A stretch of DNA of 64,000 nt from Macrostomum lignano (taxonomy: Eukaryota), in contig NIVC01001993.1 of the NCBI GenBank assembly GCA_002269645.1, forward strand, positions 143,385 through 207,384. The letters run 5' to 3'. The first letter of the stretch is position 1. Every line of letters begins with the position of its first letter. Position numbers and translations under genes: made by a program. Below, in pieces: positions 47,673-59,780 of the stretch. The notes under the pieces are model-generated. The model was not told where the DNA came from. It did no database searches and saw nothing but the letters and a program-made list of their open reading frames with translations.

Positions 47673-49658
47673 ATGCTGCTGTTGCTGCCACCGCTGTCGC
47701 TCATTTTGCTATTCAGCGGCGCAGCGGACGCGTGCTCAAGAGTCAACGTCCAGCACAATGGCCGGCTCAAACAGCGGGCGGTGTGCAGCGGCTACAAACT
47801 CGAGGACGTGCCCTCGATGACGAGCGAGCGAGACGTTGAAGACTTTCTGCTAAGCCGGAACCTCATCCGCAATCTGCACGACAACTCCTTCACGGGCTAC
47901 GTGAACGTCACCACCCTGCTGCTTGACGGAAACAAGATCGAGCAGATCTCCGACGGAGCTTTCAAGCCGTTGAAGAAGCTGGTGAAGCTGGACATCTCCA
48001 ACAACTATTTGAACATTCGAAACAACAGCTTCCTGAGGCCGCTGGTCAACCTGCAGGTGCTGCACATGGGCGGCAGTCCCGGAGAAGTCGTGCTCAGCCG
48101 CGGCTTCTTCGAGTACCAACGGAGCAGCCTGCTCGAGCTCAGTCTCCGGCACACTGTGCGCCTCATCATTCGCGAGGGCGCCTTCAACGTCCTCCACCGG
48201 CTGCGACTGCTGGACCTGCAGAACTGCAACTTGAAGACGCTGCCAAACACAGGCCTCATGGCCAGCAACTTGGACGGCTCTCAGCTGCGACTGCTCAGCC
48301 TGTCCAACAATCCTTGGATCTGCGACTGCCGGCTGCGCTGGCTGGTCCGCTGGCGCGGCAAGCAGTACCGCGAGCGGTCCGGCCTGAACGTCACCGGCAG
48401 TCCGCAGTGCGCCGGGCCGCCGGCCGACCCGGGCACCGGCTACAGCGGCATGGCGGGGGTGCGCCTGTTCGACGAGACAACTCACGAGTCGCAGTTCCAG
48501 TGCCTGCCGGAGGTGTACGTTGACTCGGTCAGCAGCACCAGGACTGTCCATCGGGTCAACGAGGGCGACAATGTCACCTTGTCTTGCAGCTTCTACAGTG
48601 ACCCGCCCGGCCAAGTCGTGTGGCTTTACGGCTCCGAGACGGCCAACTCCGTGCTGCCGCTGCAGCCGCGCTACCACATGTGGCGCAGCTCCGGCCAGGT
48701 GAACTTCGTTGCCAGCCTCACCATTGTTGGCGCCGCCGCACGCGACTCGCGCCTGTACAGGTGCAGAGTGGCCAACGGTCGCGGTAACGCTAGCCTGGAG
48801 CACCGAGTCACGGTTGACTCGACTCGTTCGGCGGCGGTTAGCCGCAAGCTGGTGACGGTGGTCAGCGTGGGCGTCATCGTTGTCATCACGTGCGCGCTCA
48901 TGATTGGCGGTGTGTTCTTCTATCACTACACCCGAGCAGGGGCGTCCAGACGGCGTCAGCGCGACGGCAAACTGCAGCAGCACCAGCTGCAGGCGAACCA
49001 GCAGCAGCAGCAGCAGCAGCAGCCCCAGCAGCGCGGCTACAGCCAGCTGCTGCAGTCTCGAGAGAACGGATTCTACTCAGCCGGCGGCGAGCAAATCGAA
49101 ATTGGCGTCAACGAGCGACGGACGATGAAGAAACAGCCGCGTCCGCCGGCTCATCCGGAGGCTGAATATACCCTGCAGCTGCATCGCGAGTGTCCGGTTC
49201 ACGGCGGAGTCGGCGGAGGCGGTGGCGGCGGTGACTCAACGCGGCAACTGTTTCCGGTGTGTCCGGTGCACGGCTGCGGTAGCAACGAGCCGCCTGGCAC
49301 CTCAGCAGCTTCAGCCACCCTGCCGACGCCGTCGGGCTCGCGGCCCACGCCGTCAGTTGGCGGCTCGGCGTCGGCGGCTGCTGCGGCCGCCCGGCCGTGT
49401 CCGTTGCACGGCGACCTCTACGCTACCATCGCTAAGGCGCCGCCGACGGCACCGGGTACAGCCGCCGCGGCTTCGACAGCCTCGGGTACCTACTTGCGCG
49501 CCTCCAAAGTTGACGACTGCATCCCGGATGGAAGGCAGCAGCAGGCGCAGCAGCCGCAGCAGATGCAGCAGCGGCTTCCTTTGGTGGCTTGCCCGGCGGC
49601 CGGGATCGGGCACAAGCCGCATCCTCAAGACGACGAGGGCTACAGCACGGCAGTGTGA
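47673..49658 (+). CDS. Single-exon LRR + Ig type I transmembrane protein (kekkon/LIG-family-like), 661 aa
   Basis: GCCATG start followed by a hydrophobic signal peptide (MLLLLPPLSLILLFSGAADA). Then an LRRNT cysteine cap, about 6-7 LxxLxLxxN repeats, an LRRCT (NNPWICDCRLRWL) and an Ig domain (NEGDNVTLSC...DSRLYRCRVAN). A TM helix (LVTVVSVGVIVVITCALMIGGVFFY) precedes a low-complexity tail ending in STAV. Confidence 0.9.
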   Translation: MLLLLPPLSLILLFSGAADACSRVNVQHNGRLKQRAVCSGYKLEDVPSMTSERDVEDFLLSRNLIRNLHDNSFTGYVNVTTLLLDGNKIEQISDGAFKPLKKLVKLDISNNYLNIRNNSFLRPLVNLQVLHMGGSPGEVVLSRGFFEYQRSSLLELSLRHTVRLIIREGAFNVLHRLRLLDLQNCNLKTLPNTGLMASNLDGSQLRLLSLSNNPWICDCRLRWLVRWRGKQYRERSGLNVTGSPQCAGPPADPGTGYSGMAGVRLFDETTHESQFQCLPEVYVDSVSSTRTVHRVNEGDNVTLSCSFYSDPPGQVVWLYGSETANSVLPLQPRYHMWRSSGQVNFVASLTIVGAAARDSRLYRCRVANGRGNASLEHRVTVDSTRSAAVSRKLVTVVSVGVIVVITCALMIGGVFFYHYTRAGASRRRQRDGKLQQHQLQANQQQQQQQQPQQRGYSQLLQSRENGFYSAGGEQIEIGVNERRTMKKQPRPPAHPEAEYTLQLHRECPVHGGVGGGGGGGDSTRQLFPVCPVHGCGSNEPPGTSAASATLPTPSGSRPTPSVGGSASAAAAAARPCPLHGDLYATIAKAPPTAPGTAAAASTASGTYLRASKVDDCIPDGRQQQAQQPQQMQQRLPLVACPAAGIGHKPHPQDDEGYSTAV

Positions 49659-49716
49659 CCCATAGACTACAGTAGCGTCCCCCTTTCTGTACTTCAGCAG
49701 TAGTCCAAGGACTGCT

Positions 49717-49967
49717 CAAGTAGAAGGAATGGAAACTACGTTTCTTTTAAAATTGAAAAGGCAGGTTTTACGGAGATTGGCTGATATTCATAGAATGGGG
49801 CATTCACGGAGCTTTTTGTTTAGAAAATTGGGATTCTATGATAAATTTTACATCCTAAGTGAATGTCCTGTGCTTAAAAATCAAAAAAATGAGCACAGTT
49901 CGACTCATTAGTTTGATAAATCTTCCCGAAATTTTCAAAGAGACGTAGTTTCCCATCCTTCTACTTG
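49717..49967. mobile_element. MITE-like fold-back element (~250 bp)
   Basis: CAAGTAGAAGGAATGGAAACTACGTTTC at the left matches the reverse complement of GAGACGTAGTTTCCCATCCTTCTACTTG at the right, extending imperfectly to about 40 bp. No TSD found. Confidence 0.6.
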
Positions 49968-50325
49968 TCATTATCAGCTCTAGCTTGTCTGTGTAAATCC
50001 CTCTGTTGTTTAATTATCGAAAAGCATTGCTCCCATTCCGAGTTTGTTTGTTTGAAAAGTAAGTTAGGGATGTTTCACGGGGGTTTTACATGTAATCTGT
50101 ACTAAACTGCCAATTAAATAAATGTATAATTTAGGCTCATTAATATCCCAAAAAGTAGATACTCTTCGCATCATAGAACAGAATTCATTTGAATTGCTGC
50201 CAAAATCGACAAAAAAGATGAGCGATAATTGCGACTCGCATTCTTTGCCGTATCAGATTCGCTTCCAGTTGCACTAAATCTTTATTTGCTGTTCGCGCAA
50301 TATTTCCCACTTACTCGTACTTAAT

Positions 50326-51133
50326 CCTCACTCCTCTCACCCAGTCACTCCTCTCACCTGGTCACTCCTCTCACCCGGTCACTCCTCTCACCCAGTCACT
50401 CCTCTCACCTGGTCACTCCTCTCACCCGGTCACTCCTCTCACTCGGTCACTCCTCTCACTCGGTCACTCCTCTCACTCGGTCACTCCTCTCACTCGGTCA
50501 CTCCTCTCACTCGGTCACTCCTCTCACCCGGTCACTCCTATCACCCGGTCACTCTTCTCACCCAGTCACTCCTCTCACCTGGTCACTCCTCTCACCCAGT
50601 CACTCCTCTCACCCGGTCACTCCTCTCACCCTTTCACTCCTCTCACCCGGTCACTCCTCTCACCCGGTCACTCCTCTCACCCAGTCACTCCTTTCGCCCG
50701 GTCACTCCTTTTACCTGGTCACTCCTCTCACCCGGTCACTCCTCTCACCCGGTTACCACTCCTCTCCCCTGGTCACTCCTCTCACCCGGTCACTCCTATC
50801 ACCCGGTCACTCTTCTCACCCAGTCACTCCTCTCACCCGGTCACTCCTCTCACTCGGTCACTCCTCTCACCCGGTCACTCCTCTCACTCGGTCACTCCTC
50901 TCACCCGGTCACTCCTCTCACCCAGTCACTCCTTTCGCCCGGTCACTCCTTTTACCTGGTCACTCCTCTCACCCGGTCACTCCTTTTACCCGGTCACTCC
51001 TCTCACCCGGTCACTCCTCTCACCCGGTCACCACTCCTCTCACCCGGTCACTCCTCACCCGGTCACTCCTCTTTTCCGGTCACCACTCCTCTCACCCGGT
51101 CACTCCTCACCCGGTCACTCCTCTTTTCCGGTC
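50326..51133. repeat. 17-bp minisatellite GGTCACTCCTCTCACCC
   Basis: Period 17. Confidence 0.95.
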
Positions 51134-51849
51134 AAATTAGTCTCAAAGAAGCGGACTCTGATCCGCCCCAAACCGTCACTCTGATCCGTCCCTAAAAGTG
51201 CTTCCTCTCATTGGTTATAACTGCACTGCTTGCCATTTAGCTGCCTAAAAAATCTTTTTTTTTCTTTGGCTTTAGTTTCGGAAAAATCCTCGCAACTGAG
51301 CACCGCAGCAAACGCGCACCCAAGAGCAGAGTGTCGCAATCCCGAATGCCAGATGGGGCCCCAGGTTTAAGGACTAGGGTTAGGGCTAGGACTTGGATTA
51401 GCTGTACCGCATCGAACTCTGTTGCATCCGAGCTGATCCGCTTTTACTAACAGCCTCTCTCCCTCTCACTTCTGGCTAAAATAGACTCAAGTCGAGACCC
51501 AGAGTAGGCCGCCTCAAACGACAGTTAGCTACATGGATTTTCTGTGCCAGCCAGCAGCCGGGACTTCATTAGCTGTCGGGGCTGAACTGTCTGCTTGCCC
51601 AGATCGATAGCCAACTCGATTAGTAAGCTGGGGGTGGGGGGAGTTGGCTGATCAATTGTTGCCGAGGTCGGGTTAGTTGGATTGGTTTTGGAACTGACCT
51701 CGCTTTAGCTTCGATACGGGAGCTGATTGAGGTCTTATGTTCGAACCCTTGTATTGTGCATCGCAGTTCGAGAGCTCGAGTAGCGGGGAGGTGCAGTTGG
51801 AAATAAATTCGGGCCGTCTGTCTAGACTTGAATGTAGGTTAAGCTAAGC

Positions 51850-52606
51850 TTAGTTTAGGTTTAGTGTAGTTTAGTATAGTATAGTAGGTATAGTATAAAA
51901 TTTTAATTTAGTTTAGTTTAGCTAGTTTAGTTTAGTATAGTTTGGTTTAGTTTAGTTTAGTTTAGTTTAGTGTAGTTTGATTTAGTTTAGTTTAGTTTAA
52001 TATAGTTTAGTTTAGTTCAGTTCAGTTTAGTCTAGTTTAGTTTAGTTTAGTTTAGTTTAGTATAGTTTGGTTTAGTTTAGTTTAGTTTAGTATAGTTTAG
52101 TTTAGTTTAGTTTAGTTTAGTATAGTTTAGTTTAGTTTAGTTTAGTTTAGTATAGTTTAGTTTAGTTTAGTATAGTTTAGTTTAGTATAGTTTAGTTTAG
52201 TTTAGTATAGTTTAGTTTAGTATAGTTTAGTTTAGTTTAGTTTAGTTTAGTATAGTTTAGTTTAGTTTAGTATAGTTTGGTTTAGTTTAGTTTAGTTTAG
52301 TATAGTTTAGTTTAGTTTAGTTTAGTTTAGTATAGTTTAGTTTAGTTTAGTATAGTTTAGTTTAGTATAGTTTAGTTTAGTTTAGTATAGTTTGGTTTAG
52401 TTTAGTTTAGTTTAGTATAGTTTAGTTTAGTATAGTTTAGTTTAGTTTAGTATAGTTTAGTTTAGTTTAGTTTAGATTAGTATAGTTTAGTTTAGTTTAG
52501 TTTAGTTTAGTATAGTTTGGTTTAGTTTAGTATAGTTTGGTTTAGTTTAGTTTAGTTCAGTTCAGTTTAGTTTAGTTTAGTTTAGTTTATTTCAGTTTAG
52601 TTTAGC
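51850..52606. repeat. (GTTTA/GTATA)n pentanucleotide microsatellite
   Basis: Direct inspection. Confidence 0.96.
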
Positions 52607-53629
52607 TTCAGTAGACTAAGAAGACTAAGTAAAAGACTAGGCATGTACACTCTCTGTGCGATTACTGTGTACGACAGGTCCCAAATGAATTTGGTCCCGC
52701 ACGAAATCGAACCTGGGCATCCTGACGCGCTAACGGCAGAGCTGCTCTCTGCTGCTATAACCATACCAGACATCTGAGTTAACATTCAGGTGTTCCGACT
52801 TAAAAAAAGATAAAGAAACCTTAATTAACCAGGAATTAGTACATTGCTTTGGTAAAATTCTTATCTTATGTTTTTTTAAACCAAGTCCGTTTAGTCCCTT
52901 GGAGCGCCTTTGACCCTCGTCGGTTCTGCGAAGGATAATTCTTGTCGCTAATTGCGCTGCGGCCGCACCCCACCGCCTCGCGTCAGCTGGGACGGCTGTG
53001 CAGCAAGGTCTCGGAACTTGGGGGAGAGGGGAGAAGGGGAAGAAAGAGAGGGTCAGGGAGGGAACTTAAACAAGGGGGATGGGCGGACTGATCACCAAAT
53101 CCCAGTTGACTTCGCTCCCAGCTAGGACGCAATCACTCACTAGACAGACTCGATGGCGTTGATGATGATGATGATGTTGCTGCTACTGATGATGATGGAG
53201 AGAGGCTGCATAAATTGCTTTGCTTCCGTTTCTTTGACCCGAAACCCCTCTCGAGCCTTCTTAGGTCTCCGTGAAGCGACCGTCGCCACCTTAGCTAACC
53301 GTCTTTTTGGCAATGTTTTCACTTCTAGCTTTTGTCTCCTAGTGCACTGATTTGCAGGGGCAAAGTGGTTTTCCTTGTTCGAATCCAGCTTTTCACTGGT
53401 CTTGGTAACCCCTGCCAAAGGCTTTGGTCATTCTTTCGGCAAATCGAGAAGCCGCTCTTGCCGAAAAAAGCATCGTCAGGCCTTAGTTACAAACTAATTT
53501 ATAGTATTTTATTTATAGCTGATGTTTCTGTGATGCCAAATTGAAAGTTCTCACCAGTCGAATATAACAAAATTAGCACTGAGCAACTTATTTCCTGGAA
53601 AATTCAAGTTTTTGTGTCAGAGTTTCTTG

Positions 53630-53835
53630 GTCAGGACTCTGAGACACCAATTTCCTAGAAAGTTGGATTTTCTGGGTCAGGACTCTGAGACACCAATTTC
53701 CTGCAAAGTAGGATTTTATCTGCCAGGACTCTGAGATACCAATTTCTTGGAAAGTTGGATTTTATTTGCCAGGACTCTGAGATACCAATTTCATAGCAAG
53801 TTGGATTTTCTTGGACAGGACTTTAGGGCGCTAAT
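53630..53835. repeat. 46-bp tandem repeat, ~5 copies (CAGGACTCTGAGA(C/T)ACCAATTTC...)
   Basis: CAGGACT recurs at 53632, 53678, 53724, 53770 and 53816. Confidence 0.88.
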
Positions 53836-54589
53836 TTCCTGGAAAGTTGTAATTCCTGTGTCAAAATTATGAGCAACGTGCTGTTCGTATTTCCTAGAAA
53901 ATTCCGATTTAGTTGTCAGAATTTCCAGCAATCCAATTTTACGGCAGGCTAAAGTTAGACTTCCACTAGTGAAATTAACATTACACAAAATCAAATTTTT
54001 CAAACCATAATAAAACACGGCCGCTGTCGTTTAAACACGATTGAATCCGAGTTGAGCGAACGACCTTATCCGATCAAGCTTAGGCAGGGGATATCGTTGA
54101 CTACGGCCATCCCCCAGGGACGATTGACCTGATTAGCGCGAAAGAGAGACTCGGACGCGCACGCGCTTCTTGGCTTCTTCCGCAAGATACCCGCGAAGTA
54201 AAAAATTCGAGTAGGGAAAAGTTAAGAGCGGGTAGTCAAGGCCCTCTCTCTCTCTCTCTCTCTACTATGGGAAAGCGCCGAAAGAAAGTGCCGTCCTACC
54301 GGCATCACCATCCCCCCTGGGGGTCTCCGGGACGGTAGCCATGGCGGCGAGTGGTTTGGTAAATGGGGGAAGGAAAGAAAATTAATTCGGCCGTCATGGG
54401 ATCACGTTCTGACTCTTTTCTTCTCCCCCTCCTCCCCAATCAGCCCGGGTTCTCCCCACTTTTTCACTTCGACTCCGGGTTCGATGGGTGAAGTTTAGCT
54501 CAGTTGGCGACGGCAAAGCAAAAAATACGTCGGGAAAGCTGTCTGAGGAAGATTTATTTTTTTCCTGAAAATTCTCATAGCTCCCCGAC

Positions 54590-54900
54590 TGTGGGTCAGG
54601 AGTGGTCCAAGTAGGTGTCAGGAGTGGCTTAAATAGATGTCTGGAGTGGTCCAAGTAGGTGTCAGGAGTGGTCCAAGTAGGTGTCAGGAGTGGCTTAAGT
54701 AGGTGTCAGGAGTGGCCCAAGTACTCGTAGATGTCAGGAGTGGTCCAAGTAGGTGTCAGGAGTGGCTTAAGTAGATGTCAGGAGTGGCCCGAGTAGGTTT
54801 CAGAAGTAGAACGAGTAGGTATCAGGAGTGACCCGAGTAGGTGTCAGGAGTAGCTCAAGTACACGCAGATGTCAGGAGTGCCACGGGTTGGTGTCAGGAC
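54590..54900. repeat. 22-bp minisatellite AGGTGTCAGGAGTGG(T/C)CC(A/G)AGT, degenerate array
   Basis: Same family as 58777-59540. Confidence 0.9.
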
Positions 54901-56551
54901 AAGAGCTTAACTATGGTAGACCTGAGGTCCCGACCTTCATTGACACTCTGTTCCCATCAAAACAGTTTTTAGCCATAGACAGATTTTGATTACAAGATAC
55001 CGCTGTTCATCTTGAAAGCTTCGAAGCCAAGAAATGCTATATTGACGTATATGTTATCCCACAGACTTGACCTCATCTCTAGTTAGGCGTGTCTAGTTCT
55101 GTTTTTCCATCTTCCATTTTCTTGTAGAAGACGAAAAAAGTTCATTCAAAAAAGAACATCGCGTGATTCGGTCGACTGCGGAGCCGCGGCTTCAGTCAGT
55201 GGTTCGTTCGGCGAACGCAGAAAATTGGGACTTGGACTGGCATCTCTGCCCTCAGGGCGTTTCTCACTGCTTGCCTTCATGTCTGCGAGCTTCTTTCTGC
55301 TTTGCCAAAGGGAGAGGTCTTCTTCTTTTTCTACCAGAAAATAAAGCGGCCCTTTCTTAAAATTTTTCAATAAGCAATTCTTTGAATATTGCAATTGATT
55401 CACCCTAGTGACATTGAAAAGATGCTATTCAAATTCAATAATACCTACCATATACCGATTTCAATTCATTTCATTGCAAGTTCAAATTCTAAGAAACGGA
55501 GATTTCAATATTTTGTCGATTTGTTATGCTGCATTGGTTTGTGCACCGATTTGAAACGAATGTTTTTTGGCGTTTGGTCAGTCTGAGATCATTGCCGCAA
55601 CTCCAGTACGTGACAGCGCTGGTAGCGGTCGGCCTCAACTTACCGAATCTACACCCAATTATCTGTAGGACTCAAGCTGTCTTTTGTGCCTCTATGAGTC
55701 TCTCATGAGCACATATGCGGCAGCAAAATTTTTATTCGTGCTGGGACACAATTGTTGAAGCGAATAAAATATTTATTACAGCTGCTTGAGTCCCACAGGG
55801 GCCATGAAAGCTTATAACGCGCAATTTCCACCGTTGCGCGATATTGTACGTATTAGCAGCTATGTGCACCCTACGGCCAAAGTCAGACTGCTTGGTATTA
55901 TTGCGACATGCGTGTTTGATATGTACTGCTACTACGAGTATCCAGACTACTTCAAGTTTAAGTAAGTCCCTGCGAGTATCATGGGCAACGAGGAGTCTCG
56001 ATCAATCAACATATAAATTTATAGAGCTGTTAGGACCAATAATAGCACTAATTGAACTTTAAGTTGCTACAGTAAAGTTCGTGGTAAAGATGGAGCAATA
56101 ACACTTCGCAGCAAGCACTCAATAATACTCACCAGTAGTATTGGTACGATTTAATTATGAGGTAAATTTAGGTTACTTTCGTTTTTTAGAGAATTCTCTA
56201 ATGGCCCAATTACTCATTTAATGAGATCTAATGGATGAGATGAGTAATATCATCAGTGTAGTAAACAGCAGTGGCTTATTTCCTCTTCAGTTTTAATTTG
56301 CTTGACATGTTGATGCTGACGCATTTGTATCTGTGGCAGATTGACATACTCATGAGTATATAAATGTACATGTACTACTCGTAGGTACGAATTAACTTTT
56401 CTCAAACGATCAATACCCAATAATATATATATATAGCATATAGTATAGTATAGTATATATATAGCAGGGGCGTCGCCATGCATGAATTTTATGGTGGGCA
56501 CAAAGCCAAGAATTCAAGATGCACGTGCGAATGTTACGAGCTATAGCGCTT

Positions 56552-56563
56552 TACACACACACG

Positions 56564-56611
<48 letters not shown>
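56552..56611. repeat. (CA)n microsatellite
   Basis: Direct inspection. Confidence 0.93.
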
Positions 56612-56617
<6 letters not shown>

Positions 56618-58776
56618 TTGTCCATAAGCAAAATAAGTGTATCCAAACAACAATATACCAGTTTTTAATGAATAATATTATATCATAATGTATATAGTAA
56701 GCTCGGAAATAAAATGAATTTAAAAACTTAAGATCCAAAGAAAAAACAAACATTGTTTATCTTTGTTGAACAATAAGTTTCTCTGTGTTTACCAGATTTG
56801 TTGAAAATGTATTTATTAAATTTCATAACAGAATGTTTTACTAACCTTTCATACAAAGGCCTGCGATAATAAAAAAATAATAAAAACTTGCTTAAATTTA
56901 AAAAGACAAACTTCCAAGATTTATAAACCATTAAATCCATTCAATTGACGTTCTCGAGTGATCGTTCTGTGGTAGCTACAGTACTTCTCCATTTTTTTCT
57001 ATTTTAGTATTTCCCAAAGATATATATCAATTTAGAGTAGTCTCTCAATCGATTGACCCCGCTATAATCAGACAAAATCAATATGAATTTTTTTAAACAT
57101 AAGGATGATATGTACTAGTACTTTTTACAGTTTTGGTTCAACCCCTTGCAAAAACAAAGGTGATCGACATATCTGAAGCAAAATTTGCAGATATTTTTTG
57201 TATTGAAACATTTAGGGACCTTGGTGAAGCTTATTATAAGATGTACTGAAAATAAGATTACTGAAAATAGCTTTTCTCACTGTGAAAACACTTTCGAAAA
57301 GAAAAGAAAATTTATATTAATTTAGCTATGGGTTATTATGACCATGGCCATGTATTGCTGTAGTTTTCCAATATAGTGATTGTGTATATCAAAATATTTT
57401 ATCTGGATTTGAGCACATTTGATTGTTAAGGAATGACAATTTAAAAAATTACAAGTCTCGTTATAATATATTATTTTTTATAAAAACCATTGTTTATACA
57501 ATTATACTATAGATGTAATGATACAAAATGACAAGAAAATAGATTGATTTAGATCGTGATTTAGATAAATATTTCTTTATTCTATTAAATGCAACAAACG
57601 AATGCATTTAAAATCTATGCAGAACCTGTAGTGTAAGCTTTTATAAACAAATTAATAATTTATAAAAATATTATTTTAACTTTCAAGAATAAATTCTGCA
57701 ATTTTTGTCTTTGCTAGTAATTAACTTTGTCTACTGTGTAATAAAATTAAAATATTGATATTAATAATGATAATGATAACACTAAAGGCAGGTCATATCT
57801 GGTAAAATCAGGTAAAAGTTAGGGTCACCAAACTCCACTCTATAGGTAAAATCTATAAAGTCAGATCTGGCTTTTAATCTAGCCCTGATTTCAAACTAAT
57901 TTTAGACCCAATGATAAAGTGGCCATTAAAATAGATTTTCAAATTCAGATACACATTGGCTAGAAAATGATATATTACTGGTGAAATAAAACTAAAGCTA
58001 TTTTAAAGCCTAATAATGTTTTCTACGCATAAAGTTACTGCAATACAGTGTAAATAATTTCAATTTAGCACAAAGTTCGCAGCAAATTACTTCAGAATTT
58101 CTTTTCAGGCAAATAGACAGACTGAAATTGGCAGCAGTAGATAGAGAGCAAGCTTGCCACTGCCCAGTACATGGGGTAATATACCTGCTGTGAGTTTTTT
58201 TGTCAGTCATTTACTAGTTTATCAACCAAACAGCTTTGGTTAGTCCTGGTGGTTGGAAAATTTCACGGGACAGAGAAGATTATTCATTGGCCCAACCCCC
58301 AGGCTGTTAACAATTTATAGATAAAATTTGCGCAGTGGCCATTTCCGCTGTGAAATTAATTGAACCGCATAGCAACTAAGCGAATATTGACAGGCAATGT
58401 TAAATCTACTTTCGTCTCTCCGCTGGACTGCCCACTTAGCTATTTAATACATTTTTATTGGGTTGCTTCCTAGAACTATTCAAGTGCGTCAAGTGCTTAA
58501 TTAAGTTTCTTAAAAGCATAAATTGGTGTTAAACTCATTAGTACTCGCAGTTTTTACCGAGGTCAGAATAATTTTAACAGCTGATTCTCCCGCAAATTGT
58601 CCAGAAACTTATTTCCAGTAAGTTTGATTTTTTTCGTTTCTTTTAAACTTGTTCGGTCCTATATCTGATCTATACAGAATATATACAGCCCTATATGATT
58701 TTTAAATGAGTTCAGCTCGTGCCTTAATTAGAACTCATTATTGTAAAGCCCGGGTGCGAAACTGCGGCCGGCCTAA

Positions 58777-59540
58777 GTAGGTGTCAGGAGTGGCCAAAAT
58801 AGGTGTCAGGAGTGGCCCGAGTAGGTATCAGGAGTGGCCAAAATAGGTGTCAGGAGTGGACCAACTAGGTGTCAGGAGTGGCCAAAATAGTTGTCAGGAG
58901 TGGACCAACTAGGTGTCAGGAGTGGCCCAACTAGGTGTCAGTAGTGGCCCAACTAGGTGTCAGGAGTGGCCCAACTAGGTGTCAGGAGTAGCCCAACTAG
59001 GTGTCAGGAGTGGCCCAACTAGGTGTCAGGAGTGGCCCAACTAGGTGTCAGGAGTAGCCCAACTAGGTGTCAGGAGTTGCCCAACTAGGTGTCAGGAGTG
59101 GCCCGAGTAGGTGTCAGGAGTGGCCCGAGTAGGTGTCAGGAGTGGCCCGAGTAGGTGTCAGGAGTGGCCCGAGTAGGTGTCAGGAGTGGCCCGAGTAAGT
59201 GTCAGGAGTGGCCCGAGTAAGTGTCAGGAGTGGCCCGAGTAGGTATCAGGAGTGGCCCGAGTAGGTATCAGGAGTGGCCCGAGTAGGTGTCAGGAGTGGC
59301 CCGAGTAGGTGTCAGGAGTGGCCCGAGTAGGTGTCAGGAGTGGCGCCGAGTAGGTGTCAGGAGTGGCCCGAGTAGGTGTCAGGAGTGGCCCCGAGTAGGT
59401 GTCAGGAGTGGCCCGAGTAGGTATCAGGAGTGGCCCGAGTAGGTGTCAGGAGTGGCTTAAGTAGGTATCAGAAACTGCCTAACTAGTGTCAGTAGTTGCC
59501 AAATTAGGTGTCAGAAGTGGCCCAACTAGGTGTCAGGAAT
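58777..59540. repeat. 22-bp minisatellite AGGTGTCAGGAGTGGCCC(GAG/AAC)T just upstream of SLC26
   Basis: Period 22. Confidence 0.95.
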
Positions 59541-59780
59541 TGTCCAATTTTTCCTATGTATCCATCATGGCTTAGGCCGGACTTCAAACATAATTTGGGC
59601 CAAAAATAGGTTATTGAAAAGCAATAACGCCCCAACGAGTTAGTTTATTACGCAATATTTTAATCTATAATTGTGCGATATAGAATTTGGCTCGCTCTTA
59701 TCATGGCATATAACTTATGACAGATTTACAAGCTATTAACTTAGCTTGTGCATTGTATTGCAGCACCGGCCACACACGGC

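Noticed and set aside
47850-48983. 377-aa antisense ORF over the LRR-Ig gene, and similar antisense ORFs over 9310-10425 and SLC26
   Set aside because: These are the expected shadows of GC-rich coding sequence.
51370-51395. Telomere-like CTAGGGTTAGGGCTAGG
   Set aside because: Only about two units, which is chance level.
52690-52770. tRNA/SINE-like B box on the minus strand (GGTTCGATTTC)
   Set aside because: No convincing A box, cloverleaf or SINE body.
54070-54140. 5S rRNA-like words (AAGCTTAGGCAGGG, GACTACGGCCAT)
   Set aside because: These are only short matches, in the wrong order, and the rest of 5S is absent.
56465-56500. hAT-like end CAGGGGCGTCGCC
   Set aside because: No matching inverted partner or TSD found in the window.
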